Below are positions 26,303 through 35,309 of a stretch of DNA of 44,789 bases, piece after piece. The notes beneath the pieces were generated by a model. It was not told where the DNA came from. It saw only the letters and a program-made list of their open reading frames with translations, and ran no database searches. The position numbers were made by a program, and so were the translations under genes. Source of the DNA: Acidimicrobiia bacterium (GTDB lineage Bacteria; Actinomycetota; Acidimicrobiia; Spongiisociales; ZC4RG35); contig JALSJV010000298.1 in assembly GCA_026989215.1 (NCBI GenBank), forward strand, positions 1 to 44,789, read 5' to 3'. Position 1 is the first letter of the stretch. Each line of letters begins with the position of its first letter.

Positions 26303-27217
26303 GTGCGCAAAGTCATCGAGCGGGTGCTCAACCTGTTGGCCTTCCTGCTGACCGTGGGACGGCCGGTCACCGCCGACGAGATCCGCCAGACCGTGGCCGG
26401 TTACGGCAGCTCCGGCGACGAGGCGTTCCGGCGGATGTTCGAGCGGGACAAGGACCTCCTCCGTCGCCTCGGCATCCCCCTCCGGATGGAGGCGACCGAC
26501 GCCTGGTCGGTGGAGTACGGCTACGTGGTGCCGCCCGAGGAGTATCGGATGGAGGATCCGGGACTGACCGACGAGGAACGGGCCGCGCTCTGGCTCGCTG
26601 CCCGCGTCGTGCGAGTCGGGGGTGGCCCGGTGGTCTCGTCGGCGGTGCTCAAGCTCGGCGGGGCGAGGCTCGGCGACGACGTCGAACCGATCGCGGCCGA
26701 CCTCGGTGCCGACGCCGAGACCCTGGGGGCGCTGTTCCAGGCGGTGACGGAGCGGCGGATCGTCGAGTTCGACTACCGGGGGCGGCGACGTCGTGTGCAT
26801 CCCCACGGGCTCGGGCATCGGCGGGGGCACTGGTACCTCGTCGGGACCGAGGGCGGGGCGCCGCGGACCTATCGGATCGATCGGACCTCGGGGGTGGTGG
26901 TCGGGGACGAGGCGGATGCCTTCGAGCCCGATCCGGAGGTGAACCTCGAGCGTGCTCTCCGACCCCAGCCGTGGGAGGCGGGCGCCGAGCCCCCGGTGAA
27001 GGCCCGGGTACGGTTCGATCCCGAGGTGGCGTGGTGGGCGGCCCGTCGCCTCGACGACGTCACCTTCTCACCCGGCCAACCCCTCGAGGTCGAGCTGGAG
27101 GTCTCGAATCCGGACGCCTTCATCGGTTGGGTGCTGACCTTCGGTCCCCGAGCCCGACTGCTCTCGCCACCCGAGTTGGTGCACCGCCTCGTCGAACGGG
27201 TACGGGGGGTGGCGTGA
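26303..27217 (+). CDS. pafB: WYL-domain transcriptional regulator PafB
   Basis: ERVLNLL wHTH, FRRMFERDKDLLR and GHWYLVG..RTYRIDR; TACAGT -10 6 nt upstream of GTG. Confidence 0.92.
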   Translation: MRKVIERVLNLLAFLLTVGRPVTADEIRQTVAGYGSSGDEAFRRMFERDKDLLRRLGIPLRMEATDAWSVEYGYVVPPEEYRMEDPGLTDEERAALWLAARVVRVGGGPVVSSAVLKLGGARLGDDVEPIAADLGADAETLGALFQAVTERRIVEFDYRGRRRRVHPHGLGHRRGHWYLVGTEGGAPRTYRIDRTSGVVVGDEADAFEPDPEVNLERALRPQPWEAGAEPPVKARVRFDPEVAWWAARRLDDVTFSPGQPLEVELEVSNPDAFIGWVLTFGPRARLLSPPELVHRLVERVRGVA

Positions 27218-28155
27218 CCCGGCCATCGGATCGCACCGCCGGTCGGCTGACCCGCATCCTCGCCATGCTGCCGTGGGTGATCGCCAATCCGGGAGCCACC
27301 GTGGCCGAGGTGTGTGAGCGGTTCGGCTATCGCCAGGAAGAGCTGATCCAGGACCTGAGGCTGGTGTTCATGTGCGGACTTCCCGGGTATGGGCCCGGCG
27401 ACCTGATCGTGGCCCAGGTGGAGGGGGACCGGGTGGTCGTGGAGATGGCGGATTACTTCGCTCAGGCACCTCGCCTCACACCCGCCGAGGCCCTGGCCCT
27501 GCTCTCGGCGGGGCTCGCCCTGCTCGGCGCAGGCCAGGCCTCGGACGCCCTCGAGAGCGCCGTCGCCAAGCTCAGCCGGGTACTCGTCCCCGACGGAGAG
27601 GAGTTGCTGGCGGTCGACCTGGACGCCGAGCCGGAGTTGGTGGCCGAGCTGCGGCGCGCGGCGCTCGAAGGTCGGGTGGTCACCATCGACTACGTCTCCC
27701 TCGGGCGGAACCGGGAGACGGTCCGCCGGGTCGAGCCCTGGTTGGTCTTCTCGTCCCTGGGGAACTGGTACCTGTTCGGACACGACCATCTCAGCGGGGA
27801 GGAGCGGGTGTTCAGGGTCGACCGGATCCGCACGCTCGAGATCTCCGACGAACGGTTCGAACCGCCGAGAGAGGTCCCCGAGCCGCAGATTCGGTACGTC
27901 CCCTCCGACGACGACGTCCAATGCGTCATCGATCTGGGCCCACGGGCCCGGTGGGTGATCGATTACTACCCGGTGGAGATCCTCTCCGAAGACGGAGACG
28001 CCGTCCGCGTACGGTTCTCCAGCACCGACCCGTCCGTCCCCGCCGGGCTCCTGCTCCGGCTCGGTGCCGACGCGGTGCTGGTCGAAGGCGACGAGGTCGC
28101 CGAGGCGCTCGCTCGGCTCCGCGAGGAGGTCCTGGCCCTCTACCAGGACCGCTGA
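27214..28155 (+). CDS. pafC: WYL-domain transcriptional regulator PafC
   Basis: RLTRILAMLPW, MCGLPGYGPGDLI and GNWYLFG..RVFRVDRI; GTGA overlap with pafB. Confidence 0.92.
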   Translation: MTRPSDRTAGRLTRILAMLPWVIANPGATVAEVCERFGYRQEELIQDLRLVFMCGLPGYGPGDLIVAQVEGDRVVVEMADYFAQAPRLTPAEALALLSAGLALLGAGQASDALESAVAKLSRVLVPDGEELLAVDLDAEPELVAELRRAALEGRVVTIDYVSLGRNRETVRRVEPWLVFSSLGNWYLFGHDHLSGEERVFRVDRIRTLEISDERFEPPREVPEPQIRYVPSDDDVQCVIDLGPRARWVIDYYPVEILSEDGDAVRVRFSSTDPSVPAGLLLRLGADAVLVEGDEVAEALARLREEVLALYQDR

Positions 28156-28201
28156 CGATGGGTCGGCGGACCCAAAGATCCCGGTTTCCTGGATTCGGTT
28201 C

Positions 28202-28229
28202 TTCAGTTCTGGAGCCCTCCGGCCGATAG
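28202..28229 (+). promoter_or_regulatory. Putative sigma28/FliA/WhiG-type promoter TTCA-N16-GCCGATAG
   Basis: Near-consensus GCCGATAG -10 in the intergenic region, 30 nt before ATG 28260. Confidence 0.55.
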
Positions 28230-28259
28230 GTGATCTGGAAGCGGAAGTGCGGAGCGGAC

Positions 28260-28550
28260 ATGACCACCATCAAGACCACATGCAGTCGGTGCGGCGACGT
28301 GGAGCTCACGCCCCATGACCTCGCCCTCGAGCTCGACCCCGGCGAGGATCGCGGAACCTACCGGTTCACCTGCCCGTCGTGCGGTGAGATCGAGCGGCGG
28401 CCCGCCAACGCCCGGGTCGTGAGCGTGCTGCTCGCCACCGGCGTCGTCTACGAGATCGTCCGCACCGACCCCATCACCGAAGACGAGATCGAGAGTTTCG
28501 TCTCCGCGCTCAACACCGAGCCCAACCCCTTCCGTCTGCTCACCCACTGA
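28260..28550 (+). CDS. Small zinc-ribbon protein of unknown function
   Basis: CSRC and CPSC pairs; GGAG ribosome-binding site; 96 aa. Confidence 0.85.
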   Translation: MTTIKTTCSRCGDVELTPHDLALELDPGEDRGTYRFTCPSCGEIERRPANARVVSVLLATGVVYEIVRTDPITEDEIESFVSALNTEPNPFRLLTH

Positions 28551-28553
28551 GCT

Positions 28554-28571
28554 CCGGCGACGCCCCGCCGG
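28554..28571 (+). terminator. Possible GC hairpin terminator after the Zn-ribbon gene (no U-tract)
   Basis: CCGGCG-ACGCCC-CGCCGG immediately after the stop. Confidence 0.3.
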
Positions 28572-28669
28572 GATGAGGCATCCAGGGCGTGTCCGAGAGG
28601 ATGCGGCCTCGTCCCGCCGGGGCGCCGCCGCGTCCGGACCGTCGTCGTTACGCCTACCATTCTGGTGCG

Positions 28670-29146
28670 ATGCTCCAAGGTCCTGAGATCCTCGTCATCC
28701 TCCTCGTGGCCCTCGTCGTGTTCGGGCCCGAGCGCCTGCCCGAACTGGCGCGCAAACTGGGCCGCTGGACCAGTGAGCTCCGCCAGGCAGCCCGAGAGGT
28801 GCGGGCGGGACTCCAGGCGGAGGTCGACGCGGTGACCCAGGTCGCAGACGAGATCACCGGCCCGGTGAAGGAGGCCAAAGAGGCCCTGTCGGACGCGGCC
28901 GGGCCCGTCGCCGAGGTGAAGGACGCCCTCGACTCGGTGACGAAACCCCACCGCTGGGTCGGGCCCAAACCCCAATCCGGACCGAGTCCCGAGGATGCGA
29001 TGCGGGACCTGGAGGCGATCGAGGCAGGGCGTGCGACGACGATCGGCGAGCCCGAGACCGAGCCCACCGACGACGAACCGCCGAGCCCCGGATCGGACGA
29101 GGGAGAGGACGGCCCGGCGACCGACGGGGGTCCGGTGTCGGCATGA
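28670..29146 (+). CDS. tatB: Twin-arginine translocase TatA/TatB family subunit (TatB-like)
   Basis: EILVILLVALVVFGPERLPELARKLG, amphipathic helix, long acidic tail; upstream of tatC. Confidence 0.8.
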   Translation: MLQGPEILVILLVALVVFGPERLPELARKLGRWTSELRQAAREVRAGLQAEVDAVTQVADEITGPVKEAKEALSDAAGPVAEVKDALDSVTKPHRWVGPKPQSGPSPEDAMRDLEAIEAGRATTIGEPETEPTDDEPPSPGSDEGEDGPATDGGPVSA

Positions 29147-29856
29147 CGGTGGACGAGCCGCAACCGATCCTCAGTCACCTCCAGGAGCTCCGGTGGCGGA
29201 TCGTCCGCTCGGCGGTGGCAGTCGTCGTCACGTCCCTCGTGTCCCTCATCTTCGCCGGGCGGATCAAGGACATCCTGGAGCGTCCCTACCAGGAGATCTG
29301 CCGGGACTGTGCGTTCCAGGTCCTCGGGGCGACCGAGCAGTTCTCCGTCCTGATGAAGATCGCCTTCTTCGGGGGCATCGTCCTCGCCAGCCCCTACGTT
29401 CTCTATCAGGCGTGGGCGTTCATCAGCCCCGCCCTCACCGCCAGGGAGCGCCGTTGGGCGATCCCGATCGTCTCCGCCTGCGCGGTCCTGTTCGCCCTGG
29501 GCGTCGCCTTCGGCTACTGGTCCCTGCCGCGCGGTCTCGACTTCCTCCTCAACATCTTCGAGGACGTGCGGACCGACCTGCGCCTGGTGGACTACTTCTC
29601 CTTCGCGATCCGTTTCCTCCTCGCCTTCGGACTGTCGTTCCTGTACCCGGTGTTCCTCTTCGCCGCCGCCGCGGCCGGGTTGATCACATCCGCCCAGCTC
29701 GCCCACGGCCGTCGTTGGGCCGTGCTCATCATCGTCACGGCCGCCGCCATCATCACCCCGACGGGTGATGCCCTCACGCTCACTCTGCTCTCGGTGCCCC
29801 TGTACCTCTTCTACGAGATCACGTACTGGCTGGTACGTCTGGTCCTCCACAAGTGA
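29143..29856 (+). CDS. tatC: Twin-arginine translocase subunit TatC
   Basis: ILSHLQELRWR, YQAWAFISPAL, AAIITPTGD and LYLFYEI. Confidence 0.96.
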   Translation: MTVDEPQPILSHLQELRWRIVRSAVAVVVTSLVSLIFAGRIKDILERPYQEICRDCAFQVLGATEQFSVLMKIAFFGGIVLASPYVLYQAWAFISPALTARERRWAIPIVSACAVLFALGVAFGYWSLPRGLDFLLNIFEDVRTDLRLVDYFSFAIRFLLAFGLSFLYPVFLFAAAAAGLITSAQLAHGRRWAVLIIVTAAAIITPTGDALTLTLLSVPLYLFYEITYWLVRLVLHK

Positions 29857-32369
29857 GCCTCACCGACTTCTTCGCCGGTCGACCGTTCCCTCCCGACCCG
29901 TTCCAGGAACAGGCGGGGAAGGCCCTGGAGGCGGGGCGCTCGGTGGTGGTGACGGCACCGACGGGAGCGGGCAAGACACTGGTGGCAGAGGCCGCGATCC
30001 ACCTCGCCCTCTCCGCCGGACGACGAGCCTTCTACACGACGCCGATCAAGGCCCTGTCGAACCAGAAATTCGCCGACCTCGTCGCCGAGCACGGCGCCAG
30101 GACCGTGGGGCTGCTCACCGGCGACAACGTCATCAACGCCGACGCCCGCGTCGTCGTGATGACGACCGAGGTGCTCCGCAACATGATCTACGCCGATGTG
30201 TCGGCCCTCGACGAGGTGGCGGTGGTGGTGCTCGACGAGGTGCACTACCTCCAGGACCCGTTTCGGGGAGCGGTGTGGGAGGAGGTCATCATCCACGCTC
30301 CCCGGCAGGTGCGGTTCGTCTGTCTGTCGGCGACGATCGCCAACGCCGAGGAGTTCGCCGCCTGGGTGAGGGAGCGCCGCGGACCCACCGACCTCATCGT
30401 CGCCGAAGAACGCCCCGTTCCCCTGGAGAGCCTCTATCTGATGGCGGACCGGTTCGGGCCCGAGCGTCTGCTCCTGCTCCCCACCTTCGTCAAGGCCGGG
30501 AATCGTCGGCGTCCCAACCCTCGGATCGAACGTCTCCTGCAGGCCGGCGCCCGGCGTCGGTTCACCACCCCTCGGCGCCTCGAGGTGGTGGAGCGGTTGG
30601 CGGCCGACGACCTGCTGCCCGCCATCTACTTCATCTTCTCCCGCGCCGGCTGCGACGCCGCGGCGTTGCGGATCCTGGAGTCGGGGATCCGGTTGACCAC
30701 CCCGGAGCAGCGGGAGCGGGCGCGTGCCGTCGCCGAGGCTCGGACCGCGCATCTCGACGACGAAGATCTGGCTTCGCTCGGCTACGGGCGGTGGTTGGCG
30801 ACCCTCGAAGCGGGGGCGGCGGCTCACCATGCGGGGCTGATCCCGGCCTTCAAGGAGGCGGTCGAGGAGCTGTTCGCGGCCGGTGACCTTCCGGTGGTCT
30901 TCGCGACCGAGACCCTGGCGTTGGGGATCAACATGCCCGCCCGTACCGTCGTGCTGGAGAGCCTCTCCAAGTTCGACGGGACCTCCCACCAGCTCCTCGA
31001 GCCGGGCGACTACACCCAGCTCACCGGGCGGGCAGGTCGGAGGGGGATCGACGTGGTCGGATACGGCATCGTCCTCCACTCGCGTTTCGTCCCCTTCGCC
31101 CAGGTCGCCCGCATCGCGTCGGTGGGGAGCCATCCGCTGAGATCGTCGTTCCGCCCGACGTACAACATGGCGGCGAACCTGGTCGCCAACTACCCGCAGT
31201 CCGCGGCGGAGGAGGTGCTGAAGGCCTCCTTCGCCCAGTTCCAACGTCGCCAGGCCCGGGAGCGGGCCGCGCGGACCCTGGCGCGATTGGAGCGACGCCT
31301 CGAAGCGGAGCTCGCCGACGCCGCGTGCGAACGGGGTTCGGTGGAGGAGTTCGCCCGCCTCCAGGATCGACCCCGGGAGGGGGATCTGGTGGCGACCCTG
31401 CATCCGGGCGACGTCATCGACGTGCCGGGGGGTCCCCGGGCCGGGAGGTTCGTCATCCTGCGACGCCTGGCCCGAGGTGACCGCGGCCCCCGGCTCTTGG
31501 CGCTGTCCACCTCCGGGAAGACCCAGACCCTGGGTCCGAGGGAGATCGTCCCCGGCACGAGGCGGATCGGCGTCCTCGACCTCCCCCGGCCCTACCGTCG
31601 AAAGGACCGCCGACTCGAACAGGATCTGCTTCGTCGGCTCCGCAAGGTCCCCCGGCAGCCCGCCGAACGTCCGTCCCGCAGACACATCGACCATCCGGTG
31701 GCGGCGTGTCCCGACGCCGAGGCTCATCTGGGGGCGCTCCGCCGAGCGCGACGGACGGCGCGACGGATCGAGCAGCTCCGCGCCGAGCTCGAAGGCTCCG
31801 ACGGCGGCCTCGTCGGGGAGTTCCGGAGGATCGAGGCGCTGCTGACCGCCTGGGGGTACCTGGAAGGCTGGTCGCTGACGGAACGAGGGCGACGGCTTCG
31901 GTTCGTCTACAACGAATCCGACCTCCTCGTCGCCGAGTGCTGTGAGCGCGGCCTCCTCTCGGACCTGGCGCCCGAGGAGCTGGCCGCCCTGGTGTCGGTG
32001 TTCGTGTACGAACCGCGCCGGGACGCCCCCGAGTCGGGGGAGCCCCCCACCGAGGAGGTGGCGGTCCGCTGGAGCGCCATCGAGGCCCTGTGGGAGGAGC
32101 TCACCCGCGACGAGGTCGCCCATCGACTGCCCGCCACCCGCCGCCCCGAGCCGGGCTTCATGCCTCTGGCCTTCGAGTGGGCGGCCGGGTCGTCGCTGGA
32201 GGAATTGGAGACCGGCCCCCTGGCCGCCGGGGACTTCGTCCGTGTCATGCGCCAGCTCGCCGACCTGCTCCGTCAGCTTCGAGATGCCTACCCCGACCTC
32301 GCCTCGCCGGCGCGTGCCGCGCTGGAGCAGGTGGACCGCGGGGTGGTGGCGGCCCAGGGGGTCGGATGA
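29853..32369 (+). CDS. helY: Ski2-like DEAD/DEAH RNA helicase HelY
   Basis: APTGAGKT, YTTPIKALSNQK, DEVHYL, LSAT, TETLALGINMPA, QLTGRAGRRG and DSHCT (AGDFVR). Confidence 0.93.
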   Translation: MSLTDFFAGRPFPPDPFQEQAGKALEAGRSVVVTAPTGAGKTLVAEAAIHLALSAGRRAFYTTPIKALSNQKFADLVAEHGARTVGLLTGDNVINADARVVVMTTEVLRNMIYADVSALDEVAVVVLDEVHYLQDPFRGAVWEEVIIHAPRQVRFVCLSATIANAEEFAAWVRERRGPTDLIVAEERPVPLESLYLMADRFGPERLLLLPTFVKAGNRRRPNPRIERLLQAGARRRFTTPRRLEVVERLAADDLLPAIYFIFSRAGCDAAALRILESGIRLTTPEQRERARAVAEARTAHLDDEDLASLGYGRWLATLEAGAAAHHAGLIPAFKEAVEELFAAGDLPVVFATETLALGINMPARTVVLESLSKFDGTSHQLLEPGDYTQLTGRAGRRGIDVVGYGIVLHSRFVPFAQVARIASVGSHPLRSSFRPTYNMAANLVANYPQSAAEEVLKASFAQFQRRQARERAARTLARLERRLEAELADAACERGSVEEFARLQDRPREGDLVATLHPGDVIDVPGGPRAGRFVILRRLARGDRGPRLLALSTSGKTQTLGPREIVPGTRRIGVLDLPRPYRRKDRRLEQDLLRRLRKVPRQPAERPSRRHIDHPVAACPDAEAHLGALRRARRTARRIEQLRAELEGSDGGLVGEFRRIEALLTAWGYLEGWSLTERGRRLRFVYNESDLLVAECCERGLLSDLAPEELAALVSVFVYEPRRDAPESGEPPTEEVAVRWSAIEALWEELTRDEVAHRLPATRRPEPGFMPLAFEWAAGSSLEELETGPLAAGDFVRVMRQLADLLRQLRDAYPDLASPARAALEQVDRGVVAAQGVG

Positions 32370-33247
32370 GGGAGTGGGTGGTGCTGGTGAATCCGTACGC
32401 CGGACGCCGTCCGGTGGCCCTCGAACGGGTGGAGGATGCCCTCGGGCGGGCGGGGGTGGTCGCCCGGGTGGAAGAGGTCGACGGCCGGGAGGAGATGCGG
32501 GACGCGGTGACGGCGGTCTCCGGCTCCGGATTCCGCCTGGCGGTGGTGGGCGGTGACGGCACGGTGAGCCTGGCCGTCGACGCGTTGCTGGCGTCGGGGC
32601 TGTCGGAGCCGCCCCTCGTCGGCGTGCTCCCCACCGGGACGGGGTGTGACCTCCTCCGGATGTTCGGTATCCCCCAGGACCTGGAGCCGGCGGCCCGGCA
32701 CCTGCTCGGCGACTCCGAGTACCTCCTCGACGTGGGACTCTTGGAGGGCGAGTGGGGACGCCGCAGGTTCGTGAACGTCGCCCAGGCCGGTGCCGGGGCG
32801 GCGGCCGCCGAGACCGCACCGCGGCTGCCCCGGATCCTCGGATCCGCCAGGTATTCCCTGGCCTTCGCCGCCCGCCTCCCCCGATTCCCGGCCTGCGACG
32901 TGGAGCTGGTCGCGCCCGGCTGGGAGTTCCGGGGCCGGGCCCTGGCGGCGATCTTCGCCAACGCCCAGTTCTTCGCCGGCGGCTGGAACGTGGCGCCCAA
33001 GGCGAGCGTGGTCGATGGCCTCCTCGACGTCCAGGTCTTCCAGGCCACCAAGTCCGAGGCGCCGGGGCTGGTGCCGAAGATCGTGAAAGGGGTGCACCTG
33101 GGCCACCACGCCGTCCGACGCCGCAGCCTGGGCAGTTTTCGGCTCGCCACCGACGTCCCCTGGCCGGTGGAAGTGGACGGCGACCCCGTGGGGACGACAC
33201 CGATCAGCGGCAGCGTCGACCGTGGGGCGGTACGGTTGAAGATCTGA
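32366..33247 (+). CDS. Diacylglycerol/lipid kinase family protein
   Basis: NPYAG, GGDGT, PTGTGCD, FFAGG, DGLLDV and EVDGD. Confidence 0.9.
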   Translation: MREWVVLVNPYAGRRPVALERVEDALGRAGVVARVEEVDGREEMRDAVTAVSGSGFRLAVVGGDGTVSLAVDALLASGLSEPPLVGVLPTGTGCDLLRMFGIPQDLEPAARHLLGDSEYLLDVGLLEGEWGRRRFVNVAQAGAGAAAAETAPRLPRILGSARYSLAFAARLPRFPACDVELVAPGWEFRGRALAAIFANAQFFAGGWNVAPKASVVDGLLDVQVFQATKSEAPGLVPKIVKGVHLGHHAVRRRSLGSFRLATDVPWPVEVDGDPVGTTPISGSVDRGAVRLKI

Positions 33248-33300
33248 ACGCGACGCGGCGCGGTGCGCGTATACTCCCGCCGCCCGAGACGATACGGCCC

Positions 33301-33702
33301 ATGACCACCGAACCAGATCGAACCGAGATCGACATGGTCGAACCCGAGCTCGAGGAGGAGCTCGAAGACGACGTCCTGGTCGACGACGAGTACGTCGCCG
33401 ACGTGGACGTCACCGAGCTCGACGTCGAGGACGACGACGGCGAGGTCGACGAGGACGCCGACGAGGCCCTCGACGAGCTCGAGGCGGAGGAGCTGGAGCT
33501 CCTCGACGAGGAGATCGCCGAGACCCTCCCCGTCGACGAGGTGGAGGAGCTCCGGGCGATCCGCCGCGAAGAGCTCACCATGAACGTGGACGCCGAGTCG
33601 CCCCGAGAGGACGAGTTCGTCTGCCAGTCGTGTTTCCTGGTGAAGCGGATCAGCCAGCTCGCCAACCGGCGGAAGATGATCTGCGCCGACTGTGCGCTCT
33701 GA
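33301..33702 (+). CDS. DUF4193 family protein (acidic N-terminus, C-terminal Zn-ribbon)
   Basis: DEFVCQSCFLVKRISQL...ICADC; TATACT -10 at 33270-33275. Confidence 0.85.
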   Translation: MTTEPDRTEIDMVEPELEEELEDDVLVDDEYVADVDVTELDVEDDDGEVDEDADEALDELEAEELELLDEEIAETLPVDEVEELRAIRREELTMNVDAESPREDEFVCQSCFLVKRISQLANRRKMICADCAL

Positions 33703-34423
33703 CCGGGTCGCCGTCGTCGTCCCGACGTACAACGAGCGCGACAACCTCCCCGACCTCGTGACGGCGATCCGAGCTCGGGGATACCGGGTGCTGATCGTGG
33801 ACGACGCCTCACCCGACGGGACGGGGGAGCTGGCCGACGAGCTGGCCCGATCCGATCCCGGTGTGGAGGTGCTCCATCGCCCACGCAAGGAGGGGCTCGG
33901 ACCGGCCTACGCCGCGGGGTTCGACCGGGTCCTCTCCGAAGGCGCCGACGTCGTCGTCGAGATGGACGCCGACTTCTCCCACGACCCGGCGGATCTTCCC
34001 CGACTCGTGGCCGCCATCGACGCGGGGGCCGACCTCGCCATCGGATCCCGGTACGTCGCGGGCGGGGCCACTCCCGACTGGCCGCTGCTGCGGCGCTGGA
34101 TCTCGCGGGGCGGCAACCTGTACGCGCGGGCGATGCTGGGCATCCCGATCCGGGACGCCACCGCCGGGTTCCGGGCGTTCACCGCCGACGCCCTCCGTTC
34201 GCTTCCCTACCGGAGCGCCCGGGCGTCCGGCTACGGGTTCCAGGTGGAGATGGCCTGGCGGGCGGTGAGCCGGGGGATGCGGATCGTGGAGGTCCCCATC
34301 GTCTTCCGAGACCGGCGGGTCGGGCAGTCGAAGATGGGCATCGGGATCGTCGCCGAGGCGATGTGGCTCGTCACCCGGTGGGGCATCTCCCGGATCTTCG
34401 GAAGGCTAGCCTCCCGGCGATGA
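33692..34423 (+). CDS. Polyprenol monophosphomannose synthase (GT2, Ppm1-like)
   Basis: VVPTYNERDNL, VDDASPDGTG, EMDADFSHDP, DATAGFR, GYGFQVEM and FRDRRVGQSKM. Confidence 0.92.
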   Translation: MRSDRVAVVVPTYNERDNLPDLVTAIRARGYRVLIVDDASPDGTGELADELARSDPGVEVLHRPRKEGLGPAYAAGFDRVLSEGADVVVEMDADFSHDPADLPRLVAAIDAGADLAIGSRYVAGGATPDWPLLRRWISRGGNLYARAMLGIPIRDATAGFRAFTADALRSLPYRSARASGYGFQVEMAWRAVSRGMRIVEVPIVFRDRRVGQSKMGIGIVAEAMWLVTRWGISRIFGRLASRR

Positions 34424-34899
34424 TCCCCGTCGCGACTCGCCACGCCACCCCTGCCGACCTGGAACTCCTCGTGCGCCTCTACCGCGATCTGGAGGCGGAG
34501 ATGAGCGGGCTCTCGGCGATGTGGCCCCTCGCCGAAGGGCTCCCCGAACCGGTGGAGGACGCCTTCGAGACGATGCTGGCCGACCCCGACGTCGTGGTCC
34601 TGGTCGGGGAGATCGACCGAGCCGGGGTCGGGTTCCTGGTGGCACGGGTCGCCGGGCTCCTGCCCCAGGCGGGAGGGGAGCGGAGGGGGGTGATCCCCTT
34701 CGTCTTCGTGGAGGGGGAGGCCCGGGGGGTGGGGGTCGGGGAGGCATTGCTGGAGGCGGCCCTCGACGAGCTCCGGGGGCGCGGGATCAGACGGTTCGAC
34801 GCCCACGTCCTCCCCGGTCACCGCCTGGCGAAGAACTTCTTCGAATCGGGAGGATTCGCGGCACGGTCCATCATCATGTACCACGAGGATGCGCCATGA
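34420..34899 (+). CDS. GNAT family N-acetyltransferase
   Basis: VFVEGEARGVGVGEALL acetyl-CoA motif; AKNFFESGGF. Confidence 0.88.
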   Translation: MIPVATRHATPADLELLVRLYRDLEAEMSGLSAMWPLAEGLPEPVEDAFETMLADPDVVVLVGEIDRAGVGFLVARVAGLLPQAGGERRGVIPFVFVEGEARGVGVGEALLEAALDELRGRGIRRFDAHVLPGHRLAKNFFESGGFAARSIIMYHEDAP

Positions 34900-35309
34900 C
34901 CGCGGCGGGGAGCCATCCGATCCCGGGCGTGGGGGTGGCGGTCGTCCGCGCCGACACCATTCTCCTCGTCCGCCGGGGACGGGGGGCCCTGGCGGGGTCA
35001 TGGGCGGTCCCCGGTGGCAAGGTACGGTGGGGTGAGACGATGCGCGAGGCGGCCCGGCGGGAGGCGCGCGAGGAGACGGGGATCGACGTCGACGTCGGCG
35101 AGGTGCTGTGGGTCGGAGACGCCATCGGACCCGGCGACCCGCCCGCGTGGCACTACACGCTCGTCGACTTCCGCGCCACGCCGGTCGGCGGGCGTCTGCT
35201 CGCCGGCGACGACGCCGCCGAGGTGGCGTGGGTGCCCCTCGACGAGGTCCGGCGTCTTCCCCTGACACCGACGATGCCCGATCTCTTGGAGGCCCTCGAT
35301 GGTCGGTGA
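34896..35309 (+). CDS. NUDIX hydrolase
   Basis: Nudix box GGKVRWGETMREAARREAREETGI; AGDDA. Confidence 0.92.
   Translation: MTAAGSHPIPGVGVAVVRADTILLVRRGRGALAGSWAVPGGKVRWGETMREAARREAREETGIDVDVGEVLWVGDAIGPGDPPAWHYTLVDFRATPVGGRLLAGDDAAEVAWVPLDEVRRLPLTPTMPDLLEALDGR

Noticed and set aside
25108-28155. Apparent giant ORFs suggesting fusions (1015-aa PafC, 765-aa PrcA, 691-aa Pgk, 661-aa methyltransferase)
   Set aside because: The extensions overlap real upstream genes in another frame; the true starts lie at or just after the upstream stops.
26303-28155. WYL proteins as anti-phage defence regulators
   Set aside because: Sequence motifs and position after pafA identify them as canonical PafB and PafC.
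29811-33200. Very long antisense or off-frame ORFs (for example 1129 aa at 29811-33200 minus, 777 aa at 34231-36564 minus, 614 aa at 7767-9611 minus)
   Set aside because: Shadow ORFs of well-supported genes in high-GC DNA; R/P/G-rich or antisense-mirror composition with no motifs.
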